The notes: generated from the letters alone by a model not told the origin. Positions 37,640 to 47,501 are shown, counted from the first letter of the stretch. The stretch is 64,000 bases of DNA from Opitutia bacterium (GCA_016187945.1 JACPIT010000004.1:306854-370853), one strand, 5' to 3'. A program made the numbers and translations.

Positions 37640-37671
37640 GCGGGGCGGACTCACGCGTGAGTCCGCCCCGC
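37640..37671 (+). terminator. Perfect 32-nt palindrome followed by a T-rich run
   Basis: gcggggcggactcacg/cgtgagtccgccccgc has 16-nt arms, then ctccattttc. It lies downstream of the mini-ORFs. Confidence 0.45.
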
Positions 37672-37789
37672 TCCATTTTCAAAGTAGGGCCGGCTTCAGC
37701 CGGCCCAAAAGACTTCCGCTCTTTCACGCGCGCCGCAATCGCCCGCGCGCGCCCGCGACGCGGTTGCGGTGGGCCGGCTGACCCCGGCC

Positions 37790-39604
37790 CTACTTCCGCG
37801 CTTCGAGTTCTTCCCAGCGGGCGAAGGCGGCGGCGTGTTCGCGTTCGACGGTTTCGAGACGCGCTTTCACTTCGGCGAATTTCGCTCCGGCCGTCTTGTA
37901 GAAAACCGGATCGCCGAGCTTCGCGGCGAGTTCTGCCTGCTCCTTCTCGAGCGCCTCGATGCGCGCGGGCAACGCCTCCAGTTCGGAGCGCTCCTTGTTC
38001 GTGAGCTTCCTCGCCGAGGCAGGGGCGACCGGCGCGGCCGGCCGCGGGCTTTCGCCACTCGACGGCGCAGCGGGCCGCTGCGCCCTGCTCGCCTGTTTCT
38101 TCTTCTCGTTCTGCCAGTCGGTGTAGCCGCCGACGTAGTCGCCGATCCTGCCGTCGCCTTCGAACACGAGCGTGCTCGTCACGACCTCGTCGAGGAACGC
38201 GCGATCGTGCGACACGAGCAGCAGCGTGCCGTTGAATTCCACGAGTAAGTCCTCCAGCAGATCGAGCGTCTCGGCATCGAGGTCGTTCGTCGGTTCGTCG
38301 AGCACGAGCACGTTCGCCGGCTGCGTGAAGAGCTTCGCGAGCAGCAGGCGGTTACGCTCGCCGCCGGAGAGCACGCGCGCCGGCGTCCGCGCGCGCGTCG
38401 GCTCGAACAGGAAATCCTGCAGGTAACTGATCACGTTCCGCGTGCGACCTTCGATCGTGACGGTCGGGTTGCCGTTCGCGATGTTGTCGGCGACGGTCTT
38501 GTTGTCGTCGATCTGGGCGCGGAGCTGGTCGAAGTAGACGACCTCGAGATTCGTGCCGTGCTTGATCACGCCGCTCGTCGGCGGGAGTTGCCCGAGGAGA
38601 AGTTTGATGAGCGTCGTCTTGCCCGCGCCGTTCGGGCCGAGGATGCCGATCTTTTCGCCGCGATTGATCGTGATCGAAAAATCGCGGAGCACGGTTTTGC
38701 CGCCGGCCCACGTGTAGGTGACGTTCTCCGCCTCGACGACTTTCTGGCCGCTGCGCTCGGCCTCGGCGAGTTTCAGCGTGGCGGAGCCGACGCGTTCGCG
38801 GCGGGCACGGGCCTCGGCGCGCATTTCCTTCAGGGCGTTGATGCGCGCGGTGGCGCGCGAGCGCTGCGCTTTCACGCCGCGGCGAATCCATTCCTCCTCC
38901 TGCGCGAGCTTCTTGTCGAACGCCGCGCGCTGTTTCTCCTCTTCTTCGAGCACCTGCTGCTTGCGGACGAGATAAGTGTCGTAGTCGCACGCCCAGCCGG
39001 CGAGGCGGCCGCGGTCGAGTTCGACGATGCGCGTGGCGATCTTCCGCAGGAACGCCCGGTCGTGCGTCACGAAAAACAGCGTCGGCTTCGTCTCGAGCAG
39101 CAGCTCCTCGAGCCAGAGGATCGATTCGAGATCGAGATGGTTCGTCGGCTCGTCGAGCAGCAGCAAATCCGGCTGACCCGCCAGCGCGCGCGCCAGCAGC
39201 ACGCGGCGTTTCAAGCCGCCGGAGAGCGCGGAAAATTCCTGCGTCGGCGGCACACCGACGTGGTTGACCAAATCCTCCACGCGCACGTCGCGCTGCCAGT
39301 CTTCCTCGTGGTGATCGTCGTTCGGGCGCAGGCCGCTCGCGACGATGTCGTGCACGTTGCCGGCGAGGTCGGTCGGCACTTCCTGCGTGAGGCGCGCGTA
39401 GAGCGAGCCCTGCGGCCGGAAGACGTCGCCCTCGTCCGGTTTCATCTCGCCCATGATGACTTTCATGAGCGTGGACTTGCCCGCGCCGTTGCGGCCGACG
39501 AGGCACACGCGCTCGCCCGACTCGATCTGGAAATTGACGTGATCGAGGATGGCGGGTCCGCCGAATGCGAGGCTGACGTCGAGGAGATTGAGGAGGGATG
39601 CCAT
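37790..39604 (-). CDS. uup: ABC-F family ATPase (Uup-like) with a C-terminal coiled coil
   Basis: Two ABC cassettes: GRNGAGKST/LSGGLKRR and GPNGAGKTT/LSGGERNR. Long charged linker, no TM domain, C-terminal KERSELEALPARIEALEKEQ. Confidence 0.85.
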   Translation of the reverse strand: MASLLNLLDVSLAFGGPAILDHVNFQIESGERVCLVGRNGAGKSTLMKVIMGEMKPDEGDVFRPQGSLYARLTQEVPTDLAGNVHDIVASGLRPNDDHHEEDWQRDVRVEDLVNHVGVPPTQEFSALSGGLKRRVLLARALAGQPDLLLLDEPTNHLDLESILWLEELLLETKPTLFFVTHDRAFLRKIATRIVELDRGRLAGWACDYDTYLVRKQQVLEEEEKQRAAFDKKLAQEEEWIRRGVKAQRSRATARINALKEMRAEARARRERVGSATLKLAEAERSGQKVVEAENVTYTWAGGKTVLRDFSITINRGEKIGILGPNGAGKTTLIKLLLGQLPPTSGVIKHGTNLEVVYFDQLRAQIDDNKTVADNIANGNPTVTIEGRTRNVISYLQDFLFEPTRARTPARVLSGGERNRLLLAKLFTQPANVLVLDEPTNDLDAETLDLLEDLLVEFNGTLLLVSHDRAFLDEVVTSTLVFEGDGRIGDYVGGYTDWQNEKKKQASRAQRPAAPSSGESPRPAAPVAPASARKLTNKERSELEALPARIEALEKEQAELAAKLGDPVFYKTAGAKFAEVKARLETVEREHAAAFARWEELEARK

Positions 39605-39670
39605 GCGTGAAGCCGGCCAAGGTGCGCGAGCCGGCGGCGCAATTCAAGGCAGGGTTTGGCCACGGAGTTT

Positions 39671-39900
39671 GAAACCACGAAACACACGAAATACACGAAA
39701 ATAGACCGAAAGCAGAGGGGCCCGCGAATGGGCGCGAATCGGCGCGAATGGAGGACCAGTCCATGAGGCCTGTCGTCCCGAGTGCAGCGAAGGATCCGGA
39801 GGCACGTGGGCTGCGGTCACGACTGGATCCTTCGCCGCGCTCAGGATGAGCGACACCGACCGTTTGGCTCCTTTCGTGTGTTTCGTGTATTTCGTGGTTC
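39671..39900. repeat. About 230-bp composite palindromic element (cacgaaa-word arms, inner gcgaaggatcc hairpin)
   Basis: The arms are gaaaccacgaaacacacgaaatacacgaaa and tttcgtgtgtttcgtgtatttcgtggttc. The inner stem pairs 39787..39797 with 39825..39835. Confidence 0.6.
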
Positions 39901-39966
39901 CCAAAACAAATCCGGCCGCGGGCGACGCTCGTTATCGCACCCCGCCCCTCCGACCCGCACCGCACC

Positions 39967-42624
39967 ATGGACCTCCTCGCCTCCGCTCTGCGCGCGCTCC
40001 GTGCGCATCCGCTTTTCAGCGCTCTCGTCGTCGGCCTCCTCGCGCTCGGCATCGGCGCGAACACCGCGATCTTCGGCGTCGTTCACGCCGTGCTCCTCCA
40101 GCCGTTGCCCTACCCGCAGTCCGGCGACCTCGTCATGGCGCGCAAGCCGCCGCGCGACGGCAACACCAACGTCCCCGGCGGCGGCGACATGATGCCGGAC
40201 ACGGAATTCCTCGGCTGGCTCGAGGCCGTGCCGAAATCGTTCCGCTCGCTCGCCGCCTATCGCAACAACACCGCCACGCTCCAACGCGGCGACAACGCCG
40301 TGCGCGTGCCGTCGGCCGCGGTCACCGGCGAATTTTTTTCGATGCTCGGCGTGAGCGCGTGGCGCGGCCGGCTCTTCGATTCGCGCGATCTGAAACCCGG
40401 CGCGCCGCTCACCGCCGTGCTCAGCTACGGCGCGTGGCAGTCCCGCTTCAACGGCGCCGACAGCGCCATCGGCGAAGTGGTCACGATCGACGACGTGCCG
40501 CACACGATCGTCGGCGTGCTGCCGCCGTCGTTCGAGTTCGTCGACCCCGTGCAATTCTGGCGTCCGCTCCAACTCACGCCGAGCGCTCCCGGCCAGTTGC
40601 GCATCCAGATGGTGCGCGTGTTCGGTCGGCTGCTGCCCGGCGCGTCGCGCGAAACCGCCCAACGCGAACTCGACGGCATTTCGGAACGCTTCTGGAACAA
40701 CCTCTCGGCCGGCTTCGCCGACGGCGGCCCGAACGCTCCGCGGCCGGGCGCCGCACCGGGCGCACCGGGCGGCGACAACGTCGAGCGTCGCGTCGTCGCC
40801 GGTCCTCCGTCCGCCCCCGCAGGTGCGGATAGCGTCGCTGCGCCGGACGGCCCGCCGATCCGCCAGCGCATCGCCGGCCCGGGGCCGGACGGGCCGCGCC
40901 CCGCCGGCGGCCCGCCGCGCCTGCGTCTTCCGTTCGCCGGGGCGAAGGTGCAGCTCGTGACGTTGCAGGAACAACTCGCGAAACAATCGCGCGCGACGCT
41001 CTGGCTGTTGCTCGCGGGCGTCGGCTTCGTGCTGCTGATCGCGTGCGCGAACATCGCGAACCTCCAGCTCGCGCGCGCCGCCGGGCGCAAGCGCGACATC
41101 GCCGTGCGCGCCGCGCTCGGCGCCTCGCCGACGCGACTCGCGGCCGAGTGGCTCGCGGAGAATTTGCTGCTCGCGCTGCTCGGCGGCGTGGCCGGCGTCG
41201 TGCTCGCGTGGTGGGGCACGCAGGCCTTGCAGGCGTGGCTCGCGGACTACTTGCCGCGCGTCAACCCGGTGGGCGTGAACGTCACCGTCCTCGGTTTCGC
41301 GCTCGGGCTGGCGCTGCTCGCCGGCGTCGCGTTCGGTCTCGCGCCGGCGTGGCAGGGCGTGCGCATCGATCTGCTCGAGACGCTCAAGGAGGGCGGGCAT
41401 CAGGCGTCGCCCGGCGGCCATCGCTGGCGGCAGGCGCTCGTGGCGTTCGAGGTCGCGCTGGCGCTCGTGCTCGCGATCAACACCGGCCTGCTCGCGCGCA
41501 GCATCTACACGCTCTACGCGACCGATCTCGGCTTCCGCACGAGCGACGTCATGACGGCCAACCTCTCGCTGCCGCGCCGCTACGCCGCGCCCGCGGAGAA
41601 AAACGATTTCGTGCGCCGCTGGACGGAGAGCCTGCGCGCGCTCCCCGGCGTGAAGACTGTCGCGGTTACCGATCAGCCGCCGCTCGCGCCGTATTCGCAG
41701 ATCGCGCTCACCGCCACGGCGCAAGGCAGCACCGGCAACGCCAACGCCTCCGTCAACGCTGCGCCGCGCGAAATGGCGATCGCGAGCGTCACGCCCGAAT
41801 TCTTCAAGGCCGCGGGCATCGCGCTGAAGGACGGTCGCGCGTTCACCGACCAGGACACCGCCGAAGCGCCGCTCGTCGCGATCGTGAACGAGTCGTTCGT
41901 GAAGCAGTATTACCCGGCCGGCCTCACGCTCGGCGCGCAGCTCATCGTCCCGCGCGGGCACGCGGCGCCCGGTCAGCCGCCGCCGTCGGCCGCGATCGTG
42001 GGCGTCGTCGCCGACACGCGCCCGCGCGGCTTCGACAGCACGGCGCGGCCGCTCGCCTATTTTCCCTTCGCGCAACAACCCGCCTCGCGCCTCGCCGCCG
42101 TCGTCCAATTCGAGGGCGACGCCGCCACGCTCGCCCGCCACATCACGCAAGCCACGCACAAGGTCGACGCCGGTCTCGCGCTCGACAACCCGTCCACCCT
42201 CGAGGAGCAGATCGCGCGACAGACGGCGCCGCGGCGCGCGACGTTGTTGCTCACCGGCGCGTTCGCGGCCACGGCCGTCGTGCTCGCCGCGCTCGGGATT
42301 TTCGGCGTGATGAGCTACACGGTCACGCAACGCACGCAGGAGATCGGCGTGCGCATGGCGCTCGGCGCGGACGGCGCGGCGATTCTGCGCTGGATCATGG
42401 GCTACGGCGGCGTCGCCGTGGCGGGTGGCCTCGCGGCGGGGCTCGGGCTGACGTTTGCGACCAGTCGCTTGCTCAACCGTTTTCTCGTCGGCATCACCGC
42501 GCTCGATCCGGCGGTCGTTGCGGCTGGCATCGCGGCCCTTGCGGCGATCGGGCTGCTCGCGTGCCTGCTGCCGGCGCTCCGCGCCACGCGCGTGAATCCC
42601 GTCGAGGCGCTGCGCAACGAGTGA
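39967..42624 (+). CDS. Duplicated MacB/FtsX-type ABC transporter permease (ADOP family)
   Basis: N-terminus LRALRAHPLFSALVVGLLALGIGANTAIFGVVHAVLLQPLPYP. Two FtsX-like 4-TM modules. The C-terminus is ALRATRVNPVEALRNE. Confidence 0.8.
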   Translation: MDLLASALRALRAHPLFSALVVGLLALGIGANTAIFGVVHAVLLQPLPYPQSGDLVMARKPPRDGNTNVPGGGDMMPDTEFLGWLEAVPKSFRSLAAYRNNTATLQRGDNAVRVPSAAVTGEFFSMLGVSAWRGRLFDSRDLKPGAPLTAVLSYGAWQSRFNGADSAIGEVVTIDDVPHTIVGVLPPSFEFVDPVQFWRPLQLTPSAPGQLRIQMVRVFGRLLPGASRETAQRELDGISERFWNNLSAGFADGGPNAPRPGAAPGAPGGDNVERRVVAGPPSAPAGADSVAAPDGPPIRQRIAGPGPDGPRPAGGPPRLRLPFAGAKVQLVTLQEQLAKQSRATLWLLLAGVGFVLLIACANIANLQLARAAGRKRDIAVRAALGASPTRLAAEWLAENLLLALLGGVAGVVLAWWGTQALQAWLADYLPRVNPVGVNVTVLGFALGLALLAGVAFGLAPAWQGVRIDLLETLKEGGHQASPGGHRWRQALVAFEVALALVLAINTGLLARSIYTLYATDLGFRTSDVMTANLSLPRRYAAPAEKNDFVRRWTESLRALPGVKTVAVTDQPPLAPYSQIALTATAQGSTGNANASVNAAPREMAIASVTPEFFKAAGIALKDGRAFTDQDTAEAPLVAIVNESFVKQYYPAGLTLGAQLIVPRGHAAPGQPPPSAAIVGVVADTRPRGFDSTARPLAYFPFAQQPASRLAAVVQFEGDAATLARHITQATHKVDAGLALDNPSTLEEQIARQTAPRRATLLLTGAFAATAVVLAALGIFGVMSYTVTQRTQEIGVRMALGADGAAILRWIMGYGGVAVAGGLAAGLGLTFATSRLLNRFLVGITALDPAVVAAGIAALAAIGLLACLLPALRATRVNPVEALRNE

Positions 42625-42864
42625 CGATAAAGCGCGGACTCCGCTCCGCGCCGCGAGTTTTCGGCGGCGGAGGGACTCGCCGCCCTACCTGGCCCAGCGC
42701 CGGCTTCCTCGATCCTAACTCCCGTCGCCACGGCCAATTCCGCATCGGCCGCGGCGCATTTCTCTCATGCGCGGCGGACCGGGCATAATTTCGCCAAATA
42801 ATGCACAGCGATGGCCAAGTCTTGGGATGACGCTGGAGCCGGTTGAGGGCATCTTGTTTGCCGT

Positions 42865-44703
42865 ATGGTTAGCCCCAACTCGTCCACGCCGGGCGGCAAC
42901 CCCGGAAGCGCTAGCGCTTCTTCGCCCGCCATCACCACCATTCCGGATGTCGTCATTCGACTCGCCGGCAACTCGCAGGACGGCATCCAGTCCGTCGGCG
43001 GTTTTCTCGCCCGCCTCGCGGGCCGCAGCGACCAGGACGTCATGACCTACATGACGATCCCCGCCACGATCTCGGGCGGTCCGTCGATCTTCCAAGTCCG
43101 CATGGGCACCGGCGACATCCTGTCGTCGGGCGACCAGGCCGACTTCCTCGTCGCGTTCTACCAACACAGCTATGAGGCGCACATCGGCGCGCTGCGTCCG
43201 GGCGGCGTGCTCATCTACGACACCGACCACGTCAAACCGAACCCCGACGACCGCCGCTTCACCCACGTCGGCATCCCGATCACCTCTGCGACCGTCGAGG
43301 CCGTCGGCGGCACGGGCAAGGACAAGGGCAAAAACATTTTCGTGCTCGGCCTCATCGCGCGGATCTTCGACCTCGAGGTGCCGAAGCTCTCGCAGCTCAT
43401 CAAGGAGCGCCTCGGCGGCCGCGGCGAAGAAACCGTGCGCAACGCCATGCTGGCCTTCGACGCCGGTTACGGAAACCCCGTCGAGAATCTCATCGGGCAC
43501 CTCTATCGGTTCAGCCACACGGCTTCGAGCGGCGCGAAGACGACGCGCCCCGCCGTCACGATGGACGGCAACACCGCGATGGGTTACGGCCTGCTCGCCG
43601 CCGGCGTCCGCTACGGCGCGGCGTATCCGATCACGCCGTGGTCCTCGATCATGGAAATGCTCCGCACGGAGCTGCCGAAATACGGCGGCCTGTTCGTGCA
43701 AGCCGAAGACGAGATCGCCGCCGTGTCGCATGCCTTGGGGTTCGCCTACTCCGGCCACCTCGCCGTCACCGGCAGCTCCGGTCCTGGCCTCTCGCTCAAG
43801 ATGGAAGCCCTCGGCTGGGGCAGCATGGCGGAAATCCCGCTCATCTGCATCAACGTCCAACGCGGCGGCCCGTCCACCGGCATGCCGACCAGCGTCGAGC
43901 AGTCCGACCTCCTGCAGGCGCTCTACGGCTCACACGGCGACACGCCGCGCGTCGTGCTCGCGCCGAAGGACGTCGAAGACTGCTTCTACATCGCTCTCGA
44001 GGCGGCGCGCATCGCGAAGGAATTTTCCACGCCCGTCATCATCCTCACCGACCAGGCGCTCGCGACGCGCATCGAGGCGTTCGAAGAGCCCGACCTGAAA
44101 GCGCTCGTGAAGGAGCCAACGCTCGACCTCACGCCCGCACCGGTCGACTACAAGCCCTACCCGCTCGAAAAGTGGCCGCGCCATGTGCCGCCCGGCACGC
44201 GCATGCTCTCCGGAAAATACCCGACCGTCACCGGTCTCGAGCACGACGAGGCGGGCCACCCGTCCGGCAGCCCGGTCGTGCACGCGAAGATGAACGCGCG
44301 CCGCCGCGAGAAAATCAAAGCCGTCGCGAAGACGCTCCCGCCGCACGAAATCTACGGCGACCAGGAAGGCGACGCGCTCGTCATCGGCTGGTGCTCGACC
44401 TACGGCCCGATTCGCGAAGCCGTGAACCAACTGCGCGCCACTCCCGGCGGCCCGAAAGTCGGCCAGCTCCACTTGCGTCACCTCGCGCCTTTCGCGCCGG
44501 GCCTCGCGGCGATTTTCGCGCGCTACCGGAAGATCGTCGTATGCGAAATCAACGACGAAGGCCTGCACGGCTACGGCCAGCTCGCGATGCTGCTGCGCGG
44601 CGCGTTCGCCAACCCGGGCATCGTCAGCGTCTGCAAGACCGACGGCCTCACGTTCAAGGTCCGCGAGATCGTCGCGGGCGTCCAACAGCATCTCCAAGCC
44701 TGA
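42865..44703 (+). CDS. korA: 2-oxoacid:ferredoxin oxidoreductase, fused gamma/alpha subunit
   Basis: N-terminal gamma-like IRLAGNSQDGIQSVGG, then the alpha-domain motif AAYPITPWSSIME. A beta-subunit gene follows 14 nt downstream. Confidence 0.8.
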   Translation: MVSPNSSTPGGNPGSASASSPAITTIPDVVIRLAGNSQDGIQSVGGFLARLAGRSDQDVMTYMTIPATISGGPSIFQVRMGTGDILSSGDQADFLVAFYQHSYEAHIGALRPGGVLIYDTDHVKPNPDDRRFTHVGIPITSATVEAVGGTGKDKGKNIFVLGLIARIFDLEVPKLSQLIKERLGGRGEETVRNAMLAFDAGYGNPVENLIGHLYRFSHTASSGAKTTRPAVTMDGNTAMGYGLLAAGVRYGAAYPITPWSSIMEMLRTELPKYGGLFVQAEDEIAAVSHALGFAYSGHLAVTGSSGPGLSLKMEALGWGSMAEIPLICINVQRGGPSTGMPTSVEQSDLLQALYGSHGDTPRVVLAPKDVEDCFYIALEAARIAKEFSTPVIILTDQALATRIEAFEEPDLKALVKEPTLDLTPAPVDYKPYPLEKWPRHVPPGTRMLSGKYPTVTGLEHDEAGHPSGSPVVHAKMNARRREKIKAVAKTLPPHEIYGDQEGDALVIGWCSTYGPIREAVNQLRATPGGPKVGQLHLRHLAPFAPGLAAIFARYRKIVVCEINDEGLHGYGQLAMLLRGAFANPGIVSVCKTDGLTFKVREIVAGVQQHLQA

Positions 44704-44716
44704 CCCCTTCCACGCC

Positions 44717-45685
44717 ATGAGTTCCGAATCCACCGCCACCGCCGCTCCTGTTCTCGAAATTCCGCCCGCGGGCGGCGCGGGTCGCACGCCGCTCGCGAAG
44801 AAAACCCTCGTTTCCGATCACCCGACATGGTGCCCAGGCTGCGGCGACTTCGCCGTGCTGGCCTCGTTCTACAAGGTGCTCGAGAAACTGAATTACCCGC
44901 AGGAAAACATCGTGACGTTCGCCGGCATCGGCTGCTCGTCGCGCTTCCCCTACTTCGTCAACAGCCACGGCGGCCACTTCATCCACGGCCGCTCGCTGCC
45001 GTTCGCCGCGGCGATTTCGCTCGGGCGAGCCGACCTCCATGTGTTCGCCTTCGGTGGCGACGGCGACGGTTTTTCGATCGGCGGCAACCACCTCTTCCAC
45101 GCCGCGCGCAAGAACACCAAGATGACCTACGTCATCATGGACAACTCCGTCTACGGCCTGACCAAGAAGCAGACCTCGCCCACCTCGCCCATCGGTTTCA
45201 AGTCGAAGACCGACCCGTGGGGCGCGATGGAGCAGCCGGTCAATCCGATGAAGACGCTGCTCACCGCCGGCGCGACGTTCGTCGCCCGCTCGCACGCCAC
45301 ACAGGTCAATCACATGATCGAGATGATGCATCGCGCCGCGCTGCACGATGGCTTCTCCGTCGTCGAAATCCTCTCCGAGTGCGTCGAGTTCAACGAAGGC
45401 GCATTCGACGCGGCCAATCCGCGCAAAGGCGGCAAATGGCAGACGATCGAGCTGAAGAAAAACGACGGCTCGCCCGAGGACGCCGCGCGTCACGACCCGA
45501 CCGACGAATTCGCCGCGATGAAATACGCGCTCGCTCCGTGGCCCGGCCACTTCGGCGTCTTCTACGAGGTGAACCGCCCGACCAAGAACAAGCTCGAACG
45601 CGATCTCATCAACCGCACCCGCGAAAAAACGAAGAGCGCCTCCGCGCTTCAGCTCCTCGAAGGCACCTTCGCCAAGATGCGCTGA
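44717..45685 (+). CDS. korB: 2-oxoacid:ferredoxin oxidoreductase beta (TPP-binding) subunit
   Basis: WCPGCGDFAVL and GGDGDGFSIGGNH motifs. Confidence 0.85.
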   Translation: MSSESTATAAPVLEIPPAGGAGRTPLAKKTLVSDHPTWCPGCGDFAVLASFYKVLEKLNYPQENIVTFAGIGCSSRFPYFVNSHGGHFIHGRSLPFAAAISLGRADLHVFAFGGDGDGFSIGGNHLFHAARKNTKMTYVIMDNSVYGLTKKQTSPTSPIGFKSKTDPWGAMEQPVNPMKTLLTAGATFVARSHATQVNHMIEMMHRAALHDGFSVVEILSECVEFNEGAFDAANPRKGGKWQTIELKKNDGSPEDAARHDPTDEFAAMKYALAPWPGHFGVFYEVNRPTKNKLERDLINRTREKTKSASALQLLEGTFAKMR

Positions 45686-45712
45686 CGACTTTGCACTAAG
45701 TTACACCCAAAC

Positions 45713-45755
45713 GAGCCGGCGGCACGCTTGCGAGCACCGCCGGCTCTTCATTTCC
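45713..45755 (+). terminator. Rho-independent terminator after korB
   Basis: 10-bp stem gagccggcgg/ccgccggctc, followed by ttcatttcc. Confidence 0.6.
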
Positions 45756-45780
45756 CCCGAACGAGCGAACGCGACCGGCT

Positions 45781-46074
45781 TCAGGCAGCGCGCCCGTGTT
45801 CGCATTCGTGGTTTTCAATCGGCAACATCCTTGGTCCCGGCGGCAAGCGGGCCATGTCCGCCAGAATCTGCGCGCGCAACTCGGCGCCGATCCGCAGGAC
45901 GATTTCGCAGACGTGCTCGCGCACGATCGGATCGTCCGGCGTCACCGGGCAGCCGCGCCGCTCGCCTTCATACCAGGTCTCGTCCCGGATGATTTGCTCA
46001 ATCCGTGGCAATTGCCGGAGCAGAACTGGATCGACTTGCGCCATGAGGAGGTTGACCAGAACCCTTATCGGCAC
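45781..46074 (-). CDS. Hypothetical 97-aa protein
   Basis: Conserved-looking core RDETWYEGERRGCPVTPDDPIV. I cannot name the family with confidence. Confidence 0.4.
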   Translation of the reverse strand: MPIRVLVNLLMAQVDPVLLRQLPRIEQIIRDETWYEGERRGCPVTPDDPIVREHVCEIVLRIGAELRAQILADMARLPPGPRMLPIENHECEHGRAA

Positions 46075-46199
46075 TCTGCACCGCGGCCTTAGTCACAGCC
46101 GCGTCAACGCGTCCCGCAACGCCCGCCCAGCCTTGGGCAACACGAGCCCAGTCAACGGAAACGATCGGGCGCATACTGCATGCGAACTCCCGCTCCGTC

Positions 46200-46952
46200 A
46201 TGAACCTGCAGCGCGATCGCTCGGCTTGGTTGCACGGTCCGGAGCATCGTTGCCAGCAGCCGCCACCACACGTGACCCAGCCGCGCCGGATTGTGCTGCT
46301 CGGCGCTCCCGGCGTCGGCAAAGGCACGCAAGCCGCGCTCCTCTCCGCGGCGCTCGGCGCGTGCCATTTGTCCACCGGCGACATCTTCCGGCTCGCGCGC
46401 GCCACCAGTCCGCGCGATCTCACGCCGGCCATGCACGTCGCCATCGAACGGATGGGGCGCGGCGAATTGGTTTCCGACGAAACCGTGCTGCTGATCGTGC
46501 GGGAGCGGCTGAGTTGCCTCACTTGCCGCGGAGGTTTTCTGCTGGATGGCTTTCCGCGCACGGTGCCGCAAGCGGCCGCACTCGACGTGCTGCTCCAGCA
46601 CGCGGGCGTCGGCATCGACGCGATCATCAGCTATGAGTTGCCCGAGCCCGAGATCATCGCACGCATCGGCGGACGACGCACGTGCCCGCTCTGCAAAGCC
46701 GTTTTCCACACCCAACTTCGCGCGCCTCGCCGCGCCGGATACTGCGATACCTGCGGCACCGAACTCGTCTTGCGCGATGACGACCAACCAGGCGCCGTGC
46801 ACGTCCGGCAAAACGCGTATCTCGAATCCACGGCCCCCCTGCTGGCCTACTACAGCAACCAAGGGCTGCTCGTCCACGTCTCGGCGACTGGGACGCCCGA
46901 GGAAGTGTTCGCGCGGAGTTCGCTCGCGCTCGCGACGTTTTTCGGAAGCTGA
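46200..46952 (+). CDS. adk: Adenylate kinase (Zn-lid type)
   Basis: P-loop LLGAPGVGKGTQ. The lid is CPLC...CDTC. The ATG at 46200 gives an unusual extension of about 25 aa, and an in-frame GTG at 46272 is an alternative start. Confidence 0.85.
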   Translation: MNLQRDRSAWLHGPEHRCQQPPPHVTQPRRIVLLGAPGVGKGTQAALLSAALGACHLSTGDIFRLARATSPRDLTPAMHVAIERMGRGELVSDETVLLIVRERLSCLTCRGGFLLDGFPRTVPQAAALDVLLQHAGVGIDAIISYELPEPEIIARIGGRRTCPLCKAVFHTQLRAPRRAGYCDTCGTELVLRDDDQPGAVHVRQNAYLESTAPLLAYYSNQGLLVHVSATGTPEEVFARSSLALATFFGS

Positions 46953-46985
46953 ACCGCGTCGGTGGGCCACACCGGGCGGGTGCGG

Positions 46986-47393
46986 CTATTTTTTGTCGAC
47001 GCTGAACTTCCCCGCCCCCGCGAGCAGCAACACGACGTAGCCCGCGAGGTAAACGAACGCGAGTTCACCGCTCGCCTGTCCGGATAGTTTCGCCCCGTGC
47101 GCCATGAAGAACGCCACACACATCGTGACCACGAGCATCAGAGCGGCGAGCCGGGTCCACAGTCCCAGGATCAGAAACACGGAACAGAAAAACTCCGCGA
47201 AGATAGCCAGCAGCAGCGCGGGCAGGGATCCGATCCGCAGAATATCCGGGAACGTCGTCGTTCCGTTGAAAAGTCCGCTCAGTTTTCCCCAACCGTGCAA
47301 GGTGGCCATGGAAAGGCCAAGCCACAGCCGGAGCACGAAAAGCGCGAGATCGACGCTCCGCGGGACGAATTCGAACTGAAGAAATTTCTGCAT
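46986..47393 (-). CDS. DoxX-family membrane protein
   Basis: LALFVLRLWLGLSMATLHGWGKL and four TM segments. ATG checked at 47393. Confidence 0.7.
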   Translation of the reverse strand: MQKFLQFEFVPRSVDLALFVLRLWLGLSMATLHGWGKLSGLFNGTTTFPDILRIGSLPALLLAIFAEFFCSVFLILGLWTRLAALMLVVTMCVAFFMAHGAKLSGQASGELAFVYLAGYVVLLLAGAGKFSVDKK

Positions 47394-47473
47394 GGGAAAC
47401 GCGCGAAAGCTGCGCGGCTTCGGTCTCCGTCGCAAGTCCGCCGACCGCCCGGCCATCTCGGCGTATCCGGGCA

Positions 47474-47501
47474 CAAAAAAGCGCCGGCATCAGCCGGCGC
47501 T
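47474..47501 (-). terminator. Rho-independent terminator after the Ala-rich repeat protein gene
   Basis: On the minus strand: agcgccggc-tgat-gccggcgct followed by tttttt. Confidence 0.7.

Noticed and set aside
39841-42330. 829-aa minus-strand ORF and the 581-aa ORF at 41043..42788
   Set aside because: These are shadow frames of the duplicated permease with Arg-rich composition. The plus-strand frame from 39967 has the FtsX/MacB TM pattern.
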